From Lama guanicoe (taxonomy: Eukaryota): a stretch of DNA of 64,000 bases. The position numbers and the translations under genes were made by a program. Shown here in pieces: positions 12,792 to 25,815 of this stretch; within the stretch, counting starts at the first letter, position 1; each line of letters begins with the position of its first letter. A model generated the notes under the pieces. The model saw only the letters and a program-made list of their open reading frames with translations, had not been told where the DNA came from and did not search any database. The stretch covers positions 372,001-436,000 of the forward strand of contig MU056000.1 in assembly GCA_013239625.1 (NCBI GenBank), read 5' to 3'.

Positions 12792-12959
12792 CTAACACGT
12801 CCTGAAAGGGCAGCTCCTTCATTGTGCCCGAGTGTCTGGTGGAATTCTTCTCCAACGTGCGCTGAGCACCGTGGCTGGTGAGCAGGGGCTCTGAGTCCCG
12901 AGACGTGATGAGGAGTAGCCGGTTGTGCAGAAGACTGTGGGTGGCGTCAGCGTCCCTGA

Positions 12960-15900
12960 GAGGGCTGTGTGCCCAGCCCCGCCCCTCTCTTCTTCGCGGT
13001 GCATTTCTTAAGTTACGTCCTCACCGGGCAGTGGGTTTCGGGAGCAGGCCGCTGGATGAGGGTGCTCTGGAGGCCGGTGGGGGGTGGGGTCCCTGGCCTC
13101 CCTGGTGTCCCTGCTGGTCACCTCAGTCATGGCGATGTTTTTGTAACTTTGCGGGGAAGTGACGTATTAATCCCTTTTAAGTTCATAGAAACGTAGCTGT
13201 TTGTTTCTCATTTGGGTTTTGTTGAGCTTCTTGGGCCCGAGTTTCTGTTTTTCATCAAATGTGGAAAAGTTCTGGCCACCATTTCTTTGTATTTCTTACG
13301 TGACCCAGTCTTCCTGCTCCCCCAGGACCCCAGGACTGGTCCCCGCCCTGAACTGGGTCTTGTCCCCTTGGTTCTCGTGGCGCTTCGGGTCGGGCTGCCT
13401 CTTGTCGCCCTGCTGGAGTTGACTGGTCTTTGCTCCACACACCTGCTCTGCAGCTGGGCCTGTGCAGTGACCTTTAATTTCAGAAATGATACGTCCCTTG
13501 GTTCCAAAGTGATGTTTGCTGCTTTTCTGTCAGCTTTTATTTCCCATAATGTTCGTGTTTCATTTCACTTCTTAATTGTATTCCTAACGTCTTTACTACA
13601 GGTAACTTCAAGTCATCTGCAAAGCGGTGATACCAGCTAACCCTCCCACTGGCAGGTACGTGGGAGCGGGTACGTGGGAGCGGGTACGTGGAGTTACCCG
13701 CTGTCTGCGCTTCCAGCACTGAGGGTCGCGTTTTTCATCCAGAGGCACCTGCCCCTTGTGGCCTAGGGCTGAGCACCTGCTCAGTGTGTCGTCCGCCTGG
13801 GTTTCCCAGGCTCCTCTTCTGCTTTTCCCGTTTCCCCCGTGGATGCTGTTCCGTCCTTGTTTGCAGAGCTACTTATAATGCTGAATACTAGGGCTTTGTG
13901 GATTACATTTGCAAAGAGCTTTCCTCGTCTTCACATTTTAATCGTGTCTTGATGAAGAGAAAATTTTGATTTTAATAATAGTGTATCAGTCTTTTCCACG
14001 ATTACTAAAGAGTTTTAGCCTGAATTTTTGAAGATCTTTCTGTTTGTGGTCATCAGGTATTCTGCCATGTTGTCTTCAGAAAGACTTTAGTTTTGTCTTC
14101 TTCAAGGTTTGGGTGCACAGTCTGCTGGACTTGACTCCTGTGCGTGTTGTGAGGGCTCTGCCCCGTGACCTCCCCCTTCACTGATGAGCCTCTGTTGTCA
14201 GAGATGGCGTGCGTCCCTGTCCATCTCTGCAGGGCCACCCTCTGCGGCTCGAGCCTCCCACCCCATGTCAGGATGTTTGGCTGTTTTCGACCCTTTGCAT
14301 TTCGTAAACTTCAGAATCAGCCGGCCAAGGTGGGGTTTTGCTGGAGACCGCGTCGGTCAGTTCGGGGGGACCTGACTTAGCGGGGTTGCACGCGGCGTGA
14401 CGGCGGGTCTGTTCCACGTGTTGGGTCTCCTTTTGCCCACGGGTTGCAGCTTTATCATCATCTCCACGGGGGCCCGGGTACCTTTCGTATCTGTTCCCGG
14501 GTTTTCCTTATTTTGTGATGCCGTTTCTAAAAGATACATTTTAAAAAATTGTTTGGATTTTGTTTTTCTGTTTGTTCCTAATAATTCACATTTCTAATTA
14601 TTGGTTGCTTTTATTTGGAAATATAATTGAACTTTTGTATGTTGATTTTGTATGCTGCAGTCCTGTTAAACTCTCAGTCTTAATACTTCGCCTGGAGCTA
14701 CACGGGCCTTTCTAGGAGGTCGTGTTCCCTGTGAGTGATGCTTTCTGTGCAGCCCTTTACTCTGGGGGTTTATCTTCTCTTTTCGTTTTGTTCTGAGTTT
14801 TGCTTTTCCGCGCTGGCGGGCGCCTGCGGCACCATCGTGGATTATAGGTGGTGACAGAGTAGGTGTCTGTCTTATTCTGGGTGTGAAACCAAAGGGGAGC
14901 GTCCAGTCTCTCAGCACTGAATTTGCAGTAGGTTTCCTGCGGACGGCCTTCACCCTTCAGTTGTGAATTTGCTGAGAACTTGTCACCTGTGAATGGACAC
15001 TCTTCTGCCACTACTGAGATGACTGTTTGGCTCTTCTCCTTCATTCTGTTCATGGGGCTAATCCCAGCACATCTCTGGGGCAGGCACCACTCAGTGAGGA
15101 TGGAGCTCTCCTTGCAGACGTGCTGCTGCACCTGGTTTGGGGGCGCCTTGTGCAGGGTCCTGTGTCCCAGGTGTGCCGCTCCCTGCCTCCTTGCTGGAGG
15201 GCCTGCTCCCAGGCCGCAGTGAGGGTCGGGTGGCTTGTGACCGGGCAGTCCCGGGACGTGTTGGCTCTGGGGAGGAGCTCAAGGCTGTGTCTCCAGGGTC
15301 GCGGGCCCAGGATCCACCACTGATGCTGCTCTGGTCAGGTTCGTGCCATCACACTCCCTATCCCTCTGCTCCCTCGGAGAATCTGAAAGGTCCTAACTGT
15401 CCCTTCCCTGAGTGTTGGGTGGGGCATCTCAGGAAGTCACCTGGGCCTGGAGTTTGACTTCTGACTTGAGTCAGTTGAGTAGTGGTTCTGGGAGGACGTT
15501 CTCAGGGACCGTCTGCGTCCTCTCGACAGCTGGCTCAGGCCGTGTGACGGGTTCTGACCTCCAGCTACGAGGGAGGCAGGAGGGAAGAGCTGGTGGCCGT
15601 CCAGAAACTCCCTTTGCCAGCAGCCTGCGGCTGGTCACAGGCCCTGCTGACCCCTGGACTCCGAGCGAGTCGTCGGCGCCGTTGCCCATGGGTTTGGGCT
15701 TCTCGGCCGAGGTTGGCAGTTCCTCAGCGGTGAGGACTGTGCGGCCTCCCCAGTCCTCCTGGAGTTCTGTGTCTCTAGGAGTTTGTTCACAATGCCTAAT
15801 TTTCAGATGTTTGGCACAACACTCAATCTTTCAGTAGTGCTTTAATGGCTCCAGCATTTGCAGGTGTGTCCCTGTGGCAGGGACGTGGAGGGGGGTGTCA

Positions 15901-16400
15901 GGCTCTGCCTCGGCCCTGGAGCTGGGACCCTTGCCTGCTGCTGAGTGGGCAGGCCCAGGTCCCTCCCGCATCCTCAGGGACGGTGCCGGCCCCAACCCTC
16001 CCCGCCCAGCACCGCGGGGCCCAGCTCGCTCTCCGGTCTTCTTCCCCGTCGGGCTGGTCTCTCGCTTTTATCAGCTCATGTAATTGGTACACTTTGGTTC
16101 AAATCTGCCGTCTTATTTTGTGCTGTTTGTTCTGCTTCTGTGTTTTTTCTCTCTGTTGTTGCCACTTTTAACTATTTTCCGTCATCCGTGTTTTCACCTC
16201 TGCAAGCCTGAGTGTGAGAGCCCGGTTCCTGGTGTCACCTTCGCACCTGTCCTGTCCCGGCACGTGCACCTCCTGAGACCGTGCCCCACACGAGCACGAG
16301 GCCCCGGGCAGCCCTTCTGGCTGACGCGGTGGTTTTCACGTGCTGCAGCGAAAGGTGTTGTTTAGGTGAACGGTTGTCCCTGTTTGTTATCTACCGTTCA
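12960..16400 (-). mobile_element. Mosaic of old LINE-1 fragments between the CEP72 and TPPP 3' ends
   Basis: T-rich antisense L1 signatures, e.g. TATAATTGAACTTTTGTATGTTGATTTTGTATGCTGCAGTCCTGTTAAACTC and TTCTGCCACTACTGAGATGACTGTTTGGCTCTTCTCCTTCATTCTGTTCATG. Confidence 0.72.
13655..13691 (+). repeat. 14-bp tandem repeat GGTACGTGGGAGCG, about 2.6 copies
   Basis: Units start at 13655, 13669 and 13683. Confidence 0.95.
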
Positions 16401-16689
16401 CTGTTTGCACCACTCTCCTATTCACATCTCAGACTTCCCATCTGTCATCACCTGCTGCACTTAGCATTTCCTTCCTCAGCCTCTGGATGAAACTGCCCTG
16501 TTACGGTCTGAAAGACGCCCTCGTCCTGGTCATGTCTGTTGGCGTCATTCCTGTCTTTGGGGCTGTAGTGGGTGTTTGGGGCGTGGTTCACGTCCAGACC
16601 CCACTCCAGGCCTCCCCCTCTGCTGGGCACGTCCGTGTTAACGTGGAGCCCATGCGGCGGCCCAGGCACACAGTGCTTTTGGAGGACAG

Positions 16690-19600
16690 CAGACCCACGA
16701 TTCAACACCTTTATTTGTCACTTGACCAGGCTGGCACAGTGTTAATCACGGGGCACACGAGGGGTGGAGAGACACGAGCTGTTTGACTGCAGGTTCGCCA
16801 GCCAGGCCTGGGCAGCGGCTCTGAACAGGTGACCCTTTGCCGTGGCCCCACAGATGCCCCCAGGGTTCCCGGTGAGAGTGGGTCTGGGGCACAGCAGCCC
16901 GACATCAACACGGAGCGATGCCCTCGTCGCTCCCGAACAGTAAGAGAACAGTGCAAAAATAGATCGCATGTCTATACACACATTATTTCCCTTTCCTGAA
17001 AAACTGAGCACAAACAAGTAGCACAGGATCCCTCTCAGGTCGGGGTTACATGCGTTAACATCGTTTGGCTTGGCTTGGGGAAGAGTTGGTGCAGGGCGAC
17101 CACCGTCTGGGGCCACCGCCAGCCACACGCCCACGGGCCAAGGCCACACCCCTGAACCATGGGATTTCAGTGTTCAGTAGTAGAGCAGTGAGGGAAGCTA
17201 CTCAGGGTCAGACCTGAAGGGACGTTCTAGCCTTGTGACTTCACAGTACAGCTGAATTGTCAGCCTGCGCCGTACGGAACAGGGGATGACGGGTTCCCGC
17301 CTGCATGTGCTGCAGGACAGGGTGTGCCAGCTTGTGCAGGAGGAAGTGACTGGCTGGGTCCTCGGGGCTGGCCAGCACCAGCCGGCTTCCTTGCGAAGGG
17401 CCAGGTGGTGTCTGTGCCTTAGGTTTTAGGTTTCGTGGGCCGAGGCGCCTGTGACTTACCCCCTCCCCATGGCCAACAGAGCTGCAGAAGCAGCCCCAGG
17501 CGATGAAGTGCCGGGGGTGGGGGGGGCGTTCAGTGGTTATGACAGCCGGGGACTGAGCAGGCCCACGTTCGGGGCTGTGAGCCTCTGTCCGCTTGGTGCT
17601 TCAGGGGGCCGCCCGGCCTGCCCCGAGCGCCCAGCCGTGGGCGTGGGCAGCACAGGCGGGGACCCCTGTGTGCCTCTGCCTGACTCCATGGCACCTGCCT
17701 CAAACCTTAAGGCTGAGGGTCTTCGAGGTGTAAAAATACTCCAGTATAAATATAGACCTCTTCCTATAGTGTTCTAAACTTACACAGCTTGAACTTCCGC
17801 TCTGGTGAGCTAACCCCTGCCTGGAGTCCTACAGTGCCAACAGGATGACTCGGTGTCGTGGGGGTGGTGCACTCAGACCTCTCCCGCTCTCCTGGCCTGG
17901 CTGCACTGCGCCTGCTCCCCGGCCAGCCTGCTGTGCGGTTCCTGTCCTCACGGCAGATGTCTCATTTCTAGTTGACTGGGTGGGTTAGTAGAAGCTTGGG
18001 GATGGGGCACAGAAACATGCAGCGAAGACGCACAGCTGCCCGCCCGTACGGCTGCGGCACCTGAGCCCGGGGAGCCCCGTGAGGCTGAGTACAGAGACCG
18101 CGACGGGCAGCCTCCTGCCCTGACGGGACGGTGTTCCCAGAGCGACACTTCGACTGAGAAGGAAGCCTGGGAAGGCGCCCCAGCCCCAGGGGCCGCCAGC
18201 GCAGGGCAGGGATGGAGATGTCTTGGGGGCCGCTGTGTGCACCCGGCTTCCTTCTCAAACCGCAGGGGAGGTGCTGTGGTGACCGCCAGCAGTGACGCGT
18301 CCCAGAGCTCGTTCCAGCCTGCACGGGCGGTGTGGGTGGACCGTGCGAGGATGCGTCCCCCGGACACTGCTTGCCTCCTTTCTTTCGCTTAGGCTCCAAT
18401 TTGCACGCGCTTCCTGGCAGGCCGGTCCCCGCCCGGCTAGAAGGGCTGAGGAGGCAACAGCCCTCCCTGAGCAGCAGCGTGGGGCCACTCCCTGCCCTTG
18501 TGGGCGTGCGCGGCTTGGGACCGAGGGCTGGACTCGTGTCCTGCTCTGGGACGGCTGTGACGGTGGGGCCGCGCTGCTGGGCAGGCAGGGGAGTAAAGCA
18601 GCCTTGGACCAGGAGACTCGCAGCCTCTGGGCAGATGATCGGGCCCCAGGGAGAAGCCCTCTCCAAGACCACGGATGAGGAACTGGCCGGCGCGTGGTCA
18701 GCTCACTGTCCAAACACTCCACAGCTTCGGGGTCGTCTTCAGACGCATTCATACATTACTCTGGTCTCCAGGGGAGGAGCGAAGAGCCAGGTGGGGGCCA
18801 GCATCCCAGCTGCCTTGCCCCAGCCCTGGGGCCTGCTTCCCGGCTGTGGGGGGGACTAGCCGGGCACCTTAGTGTCCCCAGGTTAGGAACTGCCCAGACA
18901 AGAGTGATTCACGCCCTCGAAGTGACGCAGCAAGCTTGCTACCCCGTCCTTCCCTGGGTTTTGGTGCCACGTGCCGTGGAGCCCCAGAGCCTCGGGACAG
19001 AGCGGCCCGCGCAGGCACCACCATCCCCGGGAGCGGCCAGGGAAGGCGGTGCCCCTCAACAGCCTGCCACCCTGGGCGTTTCCCAGGACCACAGGGCCCA
19101 GCGGGTCACAGGCCAGGCTGTGGCCATGTTCACACAAATGGGCACGTCGCCGAGGGGCCACTGTAGCCTCTGGCCTCTCGGAGAAACCAAACCCCACAGA
19201 CGTGCCCGGCCTTGGGCCCTTCCCTGGCCTGGTTTCACCAGGCGGTTTCTGCGCTCGGGGCTGGAGAGGAGGGACAAGGCCCCTCAGGAGACTCCAAAGA
19301 GGCTGGAAGGGCTGCGGCAGCGGGAGGAGGAGGGAGGCGGCAGCCAGGCGACCTGCAGCCTCACTCAGGCCCAGAGTCCAGCGCGTCCGCCTGCCCTGCC
19401 TGGGAGAGCTGGTCACAGAGATGGGTCTTCCGAGTCCTCCCTGAGCCATTCTGACGATAAACACGCAGTCACCGTTTCTTATTCTTTCTCAGAAAAGCGA
19501 AATGAAATGAACTGCCCCAGGTTTCTGTTTTAAAACCTTGTAACTTCACACTGAGTCCCCTTCGTTGACTGGTCATCTGGCTCGGCTCAGGCCTGGTCTG

Positions 19601-20088
19601 TGGGTGTGTGCGCCTGTGTGTGTGTGTGCACATGTGTGCGTGGGTGTGCAAGCGTGTGCCGGCGTGCCCAGCCCCCCCCACCTGCACGGGACCCCCCCAG
19701 ACACGGCGGCGTCCTGTTCAGGTTTCCCTCCGCTTTGCTGGTGCTGCCGGCTAGTGCGCTGGCCCGGCTGCCCTCACGGCCCCGGGTCAGCAGGTCAGCA
19801 CAGCCTCAACCGGGTCTGTCCCACCAGCTCTGTGAAGACGCCCCTTTTGCCTGCACACCAGATGGCTGGTGCAGGCTGGCCCTGGGACACACTTGGGAAA
19901 GGGCCGTCTGTCCACTTCCCAGCAGGGACGAGGCAGGTGTGTGAGAAGAGGTGAGTGCTGGGGTCGAGGAAAGCTGGGGTCTGGGCAGGAGGGAGGGCTG
20001 GCGCCCCACGTCCACGTCCTGCCCGAGAGCACAGGAATGTAACGAAGTGAGAGGCTGCGGGGACCGGGCGGCGGGGAGGCCCCGCCGG
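16690..20088 (-). other. TPPP: TPPP 3'UTR (about 3.4 kb)
   Basis: Lies between the TAG stop (20089-20091) and AATAAA at 16715-16710. TPPP is known to have a long 3'UTR. Confidence 0.62.
16710..16715 (-). terminator. TPPP: Probable TPPP distal polyadenylation signal
   Basis: TTTATT on + (AATAAA on -), at the end of about 3.4 kb of sequence without obvious interspersed repeats downstream of the stop, just before L1 debris begins. Confidence 0.65.
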
Positions 20089-20283
20089 CTACTTGCCCCC
20101 CTGCACCTTCTGGTCGTAGGTGCCCGCGTGCTTGTAGCCTGGCACGTAGCCCGACTCGTCCACCAGGTCCACGCGGCCCGCCCTGCCCTTGCCCCTGCCA
20201 GATGGGTCGAAGCGCTCCTTGTGGGAGCCCGTGAACTTGGTGGTGTCCGTGAGCCGCGACACGGTGGGCGAGGAGATGGCTTT
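20089..20283 (-). CDS. TPPP: TPPP (p25-alpha) last coding exon
   Basis: ctcttgcag|. Encodes [64 protein letters not shown], containing the p25-alpha GxGxGxxGR motif. Confidence 0.98.
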   Translation of the reverse strand, partial: KAISSPTVSRLTDTTKFTGSHKERFDPSGRGKGRAGRVDLVDESGYVPGYKHAGTYDQKVQGGK

Positions 20284-20403
20284 CTGCAAGAGAGCAGGGT
20301 GGGAGCGGTTGGTGGAGCCACAGGGAGAGTCAGCCCAAGGGCCCCGCCATGGCCCACGCTTCTGCCCTCCGTCCCTGGACCTGCCTGCACCCACTGCACT
20401 CAC

Positions 20404-20557
20404 CGTCACCCCCGAGATGACGGGGGCCTTGCCCTCGATGAGCCGGTGCACCTCGCGGATGGCCTCCTCGCTGCTCTTGTCTTTGAATCTCTTCTTGGCG
20501 AGCTCCTCCAGCGCCTCCTTGAACTGCTCGAACGTGATGGTCCGGCAGGACTTACCC
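20404..20557 (-). CDS. TPPP: TPPP middle coding exon (154 bp, phase 2 to 0)
   Basis: ccctgcag| ... ACG|gtgagt. Encodes [51 protein letters not shown]. Confidence 0.98.
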
Positions 20558-21639
20558 CTGCAGGGAGAGGGGCTCAGGGGGCGCCTGCCAGGCCCACACC
20601 CCCCCAACGGTGACGAGGCGCCAGCAGTCGCTGGGCTGCGACCCGACCACCCGGCAACCTGGGGCACCCTCCACTCGGGACCTGGTGGCTTTGGGGGACC
20701 CCACCCTGCCCCTCCTGCAGCCGAGAGCACGCCCGCCCCTCCCCGCCCCTGTCTAGCGATTACGCCCAACAGCCGGTCACCAGCGGCAGCGGCAGCAAAT
20801 ACAAACTGTCTTGGAAAAAAGCCTAAAGGAAGCATGTCCTTTACAAATGACTGAACACCCTCGTTTGGTTCTAAGACAGGTGTGTGTGGCCTCGGTCAGA
20901 GACGGACATCCAGAGGGAAAGTCGGTGAGAAGCTCGTCAGACTCCAACCACACAGGGGCCACCGGCCTGTGCAGGGGTCACCCGTGGGTGGGGGCCCAGT
21001 CACCACACAGGAACAGGATGGGGGCCAACCTCCCCGGGACTCGCTGCCCCACCGCTAACGCCGCTGGGGCGACCGGCGCCAGCCCACGGGAGCAGCGCTC
21101 ACCCAAACATGGTCTGTGGCCGCCCAGAACCCTGGTAAGTCAGCCCCACAATTTCAAAACAGCTCTACACTGGCTCTTCATATCTGATCATTTTAACTGG
21201 AAAAGTTTTGCCACTTTGACCAGATCTTCCCCAGCTAATCCATTCAGTGAGGATTTCACAGTTTTACAGGAAGTGAAGGTGTGGGGAGGCCCCCCAGGGA
21301 CACTGGGTCGGAACCGTTATTGAAGGACTGCCCACAGGAGCCAAGGACTGGAGGACAGCCCGGCGCCGGTGCCCAGAGGGCCCGCAACAGCCAGGGGATG
21401 GAGGCACCTCGAGAGTCTGCAAAGCCGCAGGACAGCCCGCAGGCTGGCGACAGGACGGTCAGAAACGGGCCCACGTCCGGGTTTTCCACAAAGGTGCAGA
21501 AGCAGGGGGTGGGGGCCGGCTCTTCACCAGATGAGGCCACAGCAGCCGCGTGAGGAAAGGGCTTGTCTGTGCCTTGCGCCGCGTGTGACTAGCACCACGT
21601 GGCCACGGCCCTGCGCGCAGTGTGGGACCAAACTGGAAC

Positions 21640-22350
21640 TTCCGGAAGGACACCTGGGAGAGCCTTGGTGACCTTGGCTTAGGCAGACATTTCTTAGAAG
21701 TGACACCAAAAAACAGTCCATGAAAGAAAAAACATGAATTGGACTTGACCCGAGTTTTTAGGACTGTGCGCTTCAGAAGACAACTGTTAGGAGAAGTAAC
21801 AGACAAGCCGCAGACGGAGGAGCGCCCCGCCGAGGGCTCTTGTCTGAAGTAAGCATGGAACTCTCACACCCGACAGTGAGGAAAACCCGCCTGCAGGCTG
21901 GGGAAGGGTCCAGGCCTGACACTTCGTCAGAGGAGACCTGTGGGTGCGGCCGGCACGTGGAGGGCTCCGCGTCCCTGTCGTCAGGGAGATCGGGCTAAAG
22001 CCGCGGGCAAGGGAGGAGCCCGGGGGTAAATGACAACCCCGGTGTGGAGGCTGCGGGCCGGGCCCCGGAGCCACGACGTGGCGTCCACTGGGAAGGCACT
22101 TGGCAGTTTCTTACAAAGGTCGTGCGCACGCCCGGCCCTGTGACCCGACCAGTCGCAGTCAAGAGTAGTGAGAGCGAGTTCACACGTGCCCCTGTGCGTG
22201 TTCCCACCCCGTCGCTTGTGTTCTGTTGTCACCAGAGCTCAGAACCAGCCCAGGTGTCCACCAGCCGTGAACCAACGAACACACCTCAGTATGACGCCAG
22301 CTCACGCGGGCACTCTCACACACTGGACACGTCTGGAGACGTGGGGCATG
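21640..22350 (+). mobile_element. Degraded LINE-1 ORF2 3' fragment in TPPP intron 2
   Basis: GGCTTAGGCAGACATTTCTTAGAAGTGACACCAAAAAACAGTCCATGAAAGAAAAA and TGGCAGTTTCTTACAAAG are L1-like. Confidence 0.75.
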
Positions 22351-25300
22351 CCGACGTCAGGTAGCGGGGGACACAGCCCACCTGGCCGCAGGGAGGCCCC
22401 ATGGGAGAGGAGCAGGGACGGAGCCCATAGGCCTGGATGGCTGTCGGGAGGGACACTTGTCCCACAAGGACCGCAGGCCTCATCAGACCCACTGAGCCTG
22501 GCAAAGGCCAGCCTCAGCAGTGCGGGCCGGCTGGGTCCCAGGGCGGGCCCTCCCGGGCAGCGTGGCTCAGTCATCACCGTGGGCGGGGAACCTGTCAGGC
22601 CCCACTGGTCACTGGCCCTCTGCGGCCCTGTCCCGTTTGTTTGTCCTGGGTCGTCAAAGACGCTCCTGTCTCTATTCACGGATGCCCGGCCTGACTGCCA
22701 GCCCGGTGACCAGCCCAGAACACGCAGCCCTCGCGGGGCGCCGCGGCACCAGGCGCCACCAGTGTGAGTCACTCGGGGAGGGGTGGGGAGACGGCCATGG
22801 GGCCTCTGTCAGAAGCCACATTCAGATCGAGGGGACACGTGGGCCCAGCACCCTGACCCACCCACTCCACCTGGCCAGCCCCGGTGTCCCCACATGTCCC
22901 TGCCATGGCCACCAGGCAGGGTCTCAGAGCCAGTCCGGGCTGGCGGGGAGCTCTCACTCGGGGACCTGCCACCCGCTGCTGAGAGCAGCGCCTGGGAAGT
23001 TCTCGGGTGACAATGCCGGTCTCTTCCCTGAGACACTCGGTCACTTCACACGGCTCTCTGGACACAGGGCGGTCCTGTTCTCCAGAGTCCACACAACCAA
23101 ACCCCCTCCTCTCCTAGCTCAGCGCCAGGGCAGCCAGCACCCTGCCAGGAGGCTGCTGTTCTGCCCGAAAGCCAGCCCCACAGTAACGGGGTCACCGGTC
23201 ACACACGAGGCCGTGTGAGCAGTGCCTCCCAGGCCCTGTCCCCAGACCTCCAGGCCCAGCTCAGGGCAGGCGGGGTTGGGGCCAGCCACTCTGCAGGTCA
23301 CCTGGGGACAGTGCAGGCAGCCAGGGGTGCCGGGGGCCCGGGTGGGGGGTCAGCACAGCCCTCCAAGGACACGCGCCTGTGCCTCCAGGGCCAACACCAC
23401 AAAGGCCCCCGGACTTTGGCCGACACACCCCAGGATGGAGCCAGGGCCCCTCTGGTCACCATAGATAACCTGCCACTTCAGCAGTCGGAGAGAGCTGACT
23501 CTCAGGTCCCCCAGCCAGCAGAAGCTGGGACCCGGACAACCCGTCCAGAGAGCAGGAAACGGTGTGGAAGGGGAGCCCCAGGCCAGCAGGGGTGAGGGTG
23601 GAGGCTGTGGGGAAGCCCAGCCTGGGTAACGTGCCTGCTGCCAGGCCTGGGAGCAGGCAGACACCAGCTCCCTGCTGCGCGGGCGCCCCTCCCTGGCCTT
23701 CCCCTGCTAGCCCGGCGACCCAGTGACAGCACTGCTGGGAGCCTGGAAGGAGGCCGCTCCCACCGCAGGCCTGGCTGCCGAGGGCCCGAGCCGCGATGTG
23801 CAGCTGTGACCCTAGCATTCAGTGGCTCTGAGCAGGAAAGCACGTCCTGAGCTCCCCGACCCCTGTGAGCCTCGGGCAGGCTGGGCCTTGGGGGCAGGTG
23901 CACCTGAGGTCAGCAAAACTGCCTCTGGGTGTTTGGGGGCGGTCATCCTCTTGTACGACCCGCGTGTGCAGCGTCCAACATGGACACTGAGGGGCATTTC
24001 CCGATTCCTGCCCCGGCCCTGTCCCCGGCACACACGCCGGGCACCCCCCTGCCACCAAGAAGGACACTGAGACCCAATCCAGCAGTAGGAGCTGGGATCA
24101 GGGTCCAAGGGTCCACACACCGCTGCCTTCCCAGGCTGGCACCGGGCACCCAGCAGGTGCCGCCCCAGGCTCCAGGCTGTGGAGACGCATGTCCCACTGG
24201 CATGTCTGGGATGACACATGACACAGAGCCCTGCCCACCCCACCTGCCACCCACAGTCGCTCAGGCGGGGCGTCTCCTGTGTGGCGGGTGGTGTGGGCTC
24301 CAGGCCTGGGTCTCTGCTGACACCTGAGCTCCCTGCTGCAGCCGTGCCCACCCCGAGGCCTGTGTGTCACGAGGGAGCAGCGTCCCCAATGGCCTGCATC
24401 CTCCTAACCTGCAACCCGGACGTGGCTGCCGTTCACTCAGCTCCCAGAGAGCCGGCAGGTGCATGGCCAGGAAAGGCAGCCTTTGCCCCCGTCAGAGTGG
24501 CACTCCTGCTGGTGGGAACAGAGTCTGAGTAATTAGTGTTTCGGGCCGGGAGGCGGGGCGGACGGGGAGCGCCTGTCCTGGAAACAATAGTCTTCAACAA
24601 GGCCTCGGGCAGAGCGGCTAGAATTTGTTTAGAACTTCACACATGGTAACATCAAAACAAGCAAGCGCTGCCCTGACGACGGCCAAACAAAGGCTGCAGA
24701 CACCGGGCGGGCGGGCGGCAGGGCCGCGGAGCCACGGCAACCGCCCCAAACAAAACAGCTGCCCTAGTCCGCGCTCCACAGTGCCGCGCTTCTGCCGGGG
24801 CTGCCACGTGGAGCAGCCAGGGTCCCAGGCCCCACCACCCACCACCGGCCTCAGACCTGGCCCCCCAGGGGACCCCAGCCAGGGCCCAGCCCCCCGGGTC
24901 CCACTCCTGAGGACAAGGGCGTGCATGCAGGTCCCTCACTCCCGCACACCTGGAAGGGCTGGGTACCCTCCCTGCAGACAGGGCTCTCCCAGGCGGGACA
25001 CAGGTCACAGGGTCCCCACAGGCAGTCCAGGCTGCAGGAGGGCAGCGGGGAAGTTGCCACGACCCCTCGCTGGGCTGGGGCTGCAGATGCCCGCTTCCCC
25101 AGATGGTGTCCATGCGGTGAGCTGAGGCAGATGCCGGGGGTCCAGAGCAGTTCAGGGCTCTGCAGCTTGGAGCCCCTTGTGCCTCAGAGTCTAGAGCCAA
25201 GCCTCCACCCTTAAATGTCCTGCTTTCTGGAGCAGGACCTGGGCCACACAGGGTCCCCCTCCCCATGCCCAGTCATGGGGTGCCAGCACCCCCCGGGTCC

Positions 25301-25815
25301 CTCCACTGCCCGTGACTCCTGCACACGGGGTCTCCAGGGCCTGACCAGAACGTCCATCATCTGGACGAGCCGTGACCAAGGATGTGGAGACGTGAGATCT
25401 ACGTGTGTGCACGTGTCTGGACGTATCATGTTTCCAGCAACAAGGACCTGGTGTCAAGTGGTCTTTCTCGGGTGTGGTCACGGGTGTGGACGGCAAGAGA
25501 AGGGGAGGGGACATAAGAACGCCTTGCGTGCTCCCAGGAGAGGCTGAGCGCGGACAAGCACCCACGCATGCCACTGAGTCTCCAGGGAGCCGGTGGAGCC
25601 CAGGTTGTCACCCTCGCTCTTCCCCCAAGGCTGAGCGAGCGCACAGTGGGTCGGGCTCCCGGCTGCGCCCCAGGCACCCCGCCTCTCAGAGCTGCCCCCC
25701 AGCACCCGATGGGCCCCCGCCCCGCTCCGGCGTTGCCTGGTTCAGACTCCCTCCTGGCACTTTCTTCCGAGGGGCTGCGGAGCCCTGGGGCCCCGCGCAG
25801 CTGGCACACGCTTAC

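Noticed and set aside
20089-20835. 248-aa ORF reading through TPPP intron 3 as a novel isoform
   Set aside because: The 120-bp intron (20284-20403) is a multiple of 3 and stop-free, so the ORF finder reads through it. Both splice sites are canonical and nothing here indicates retention.
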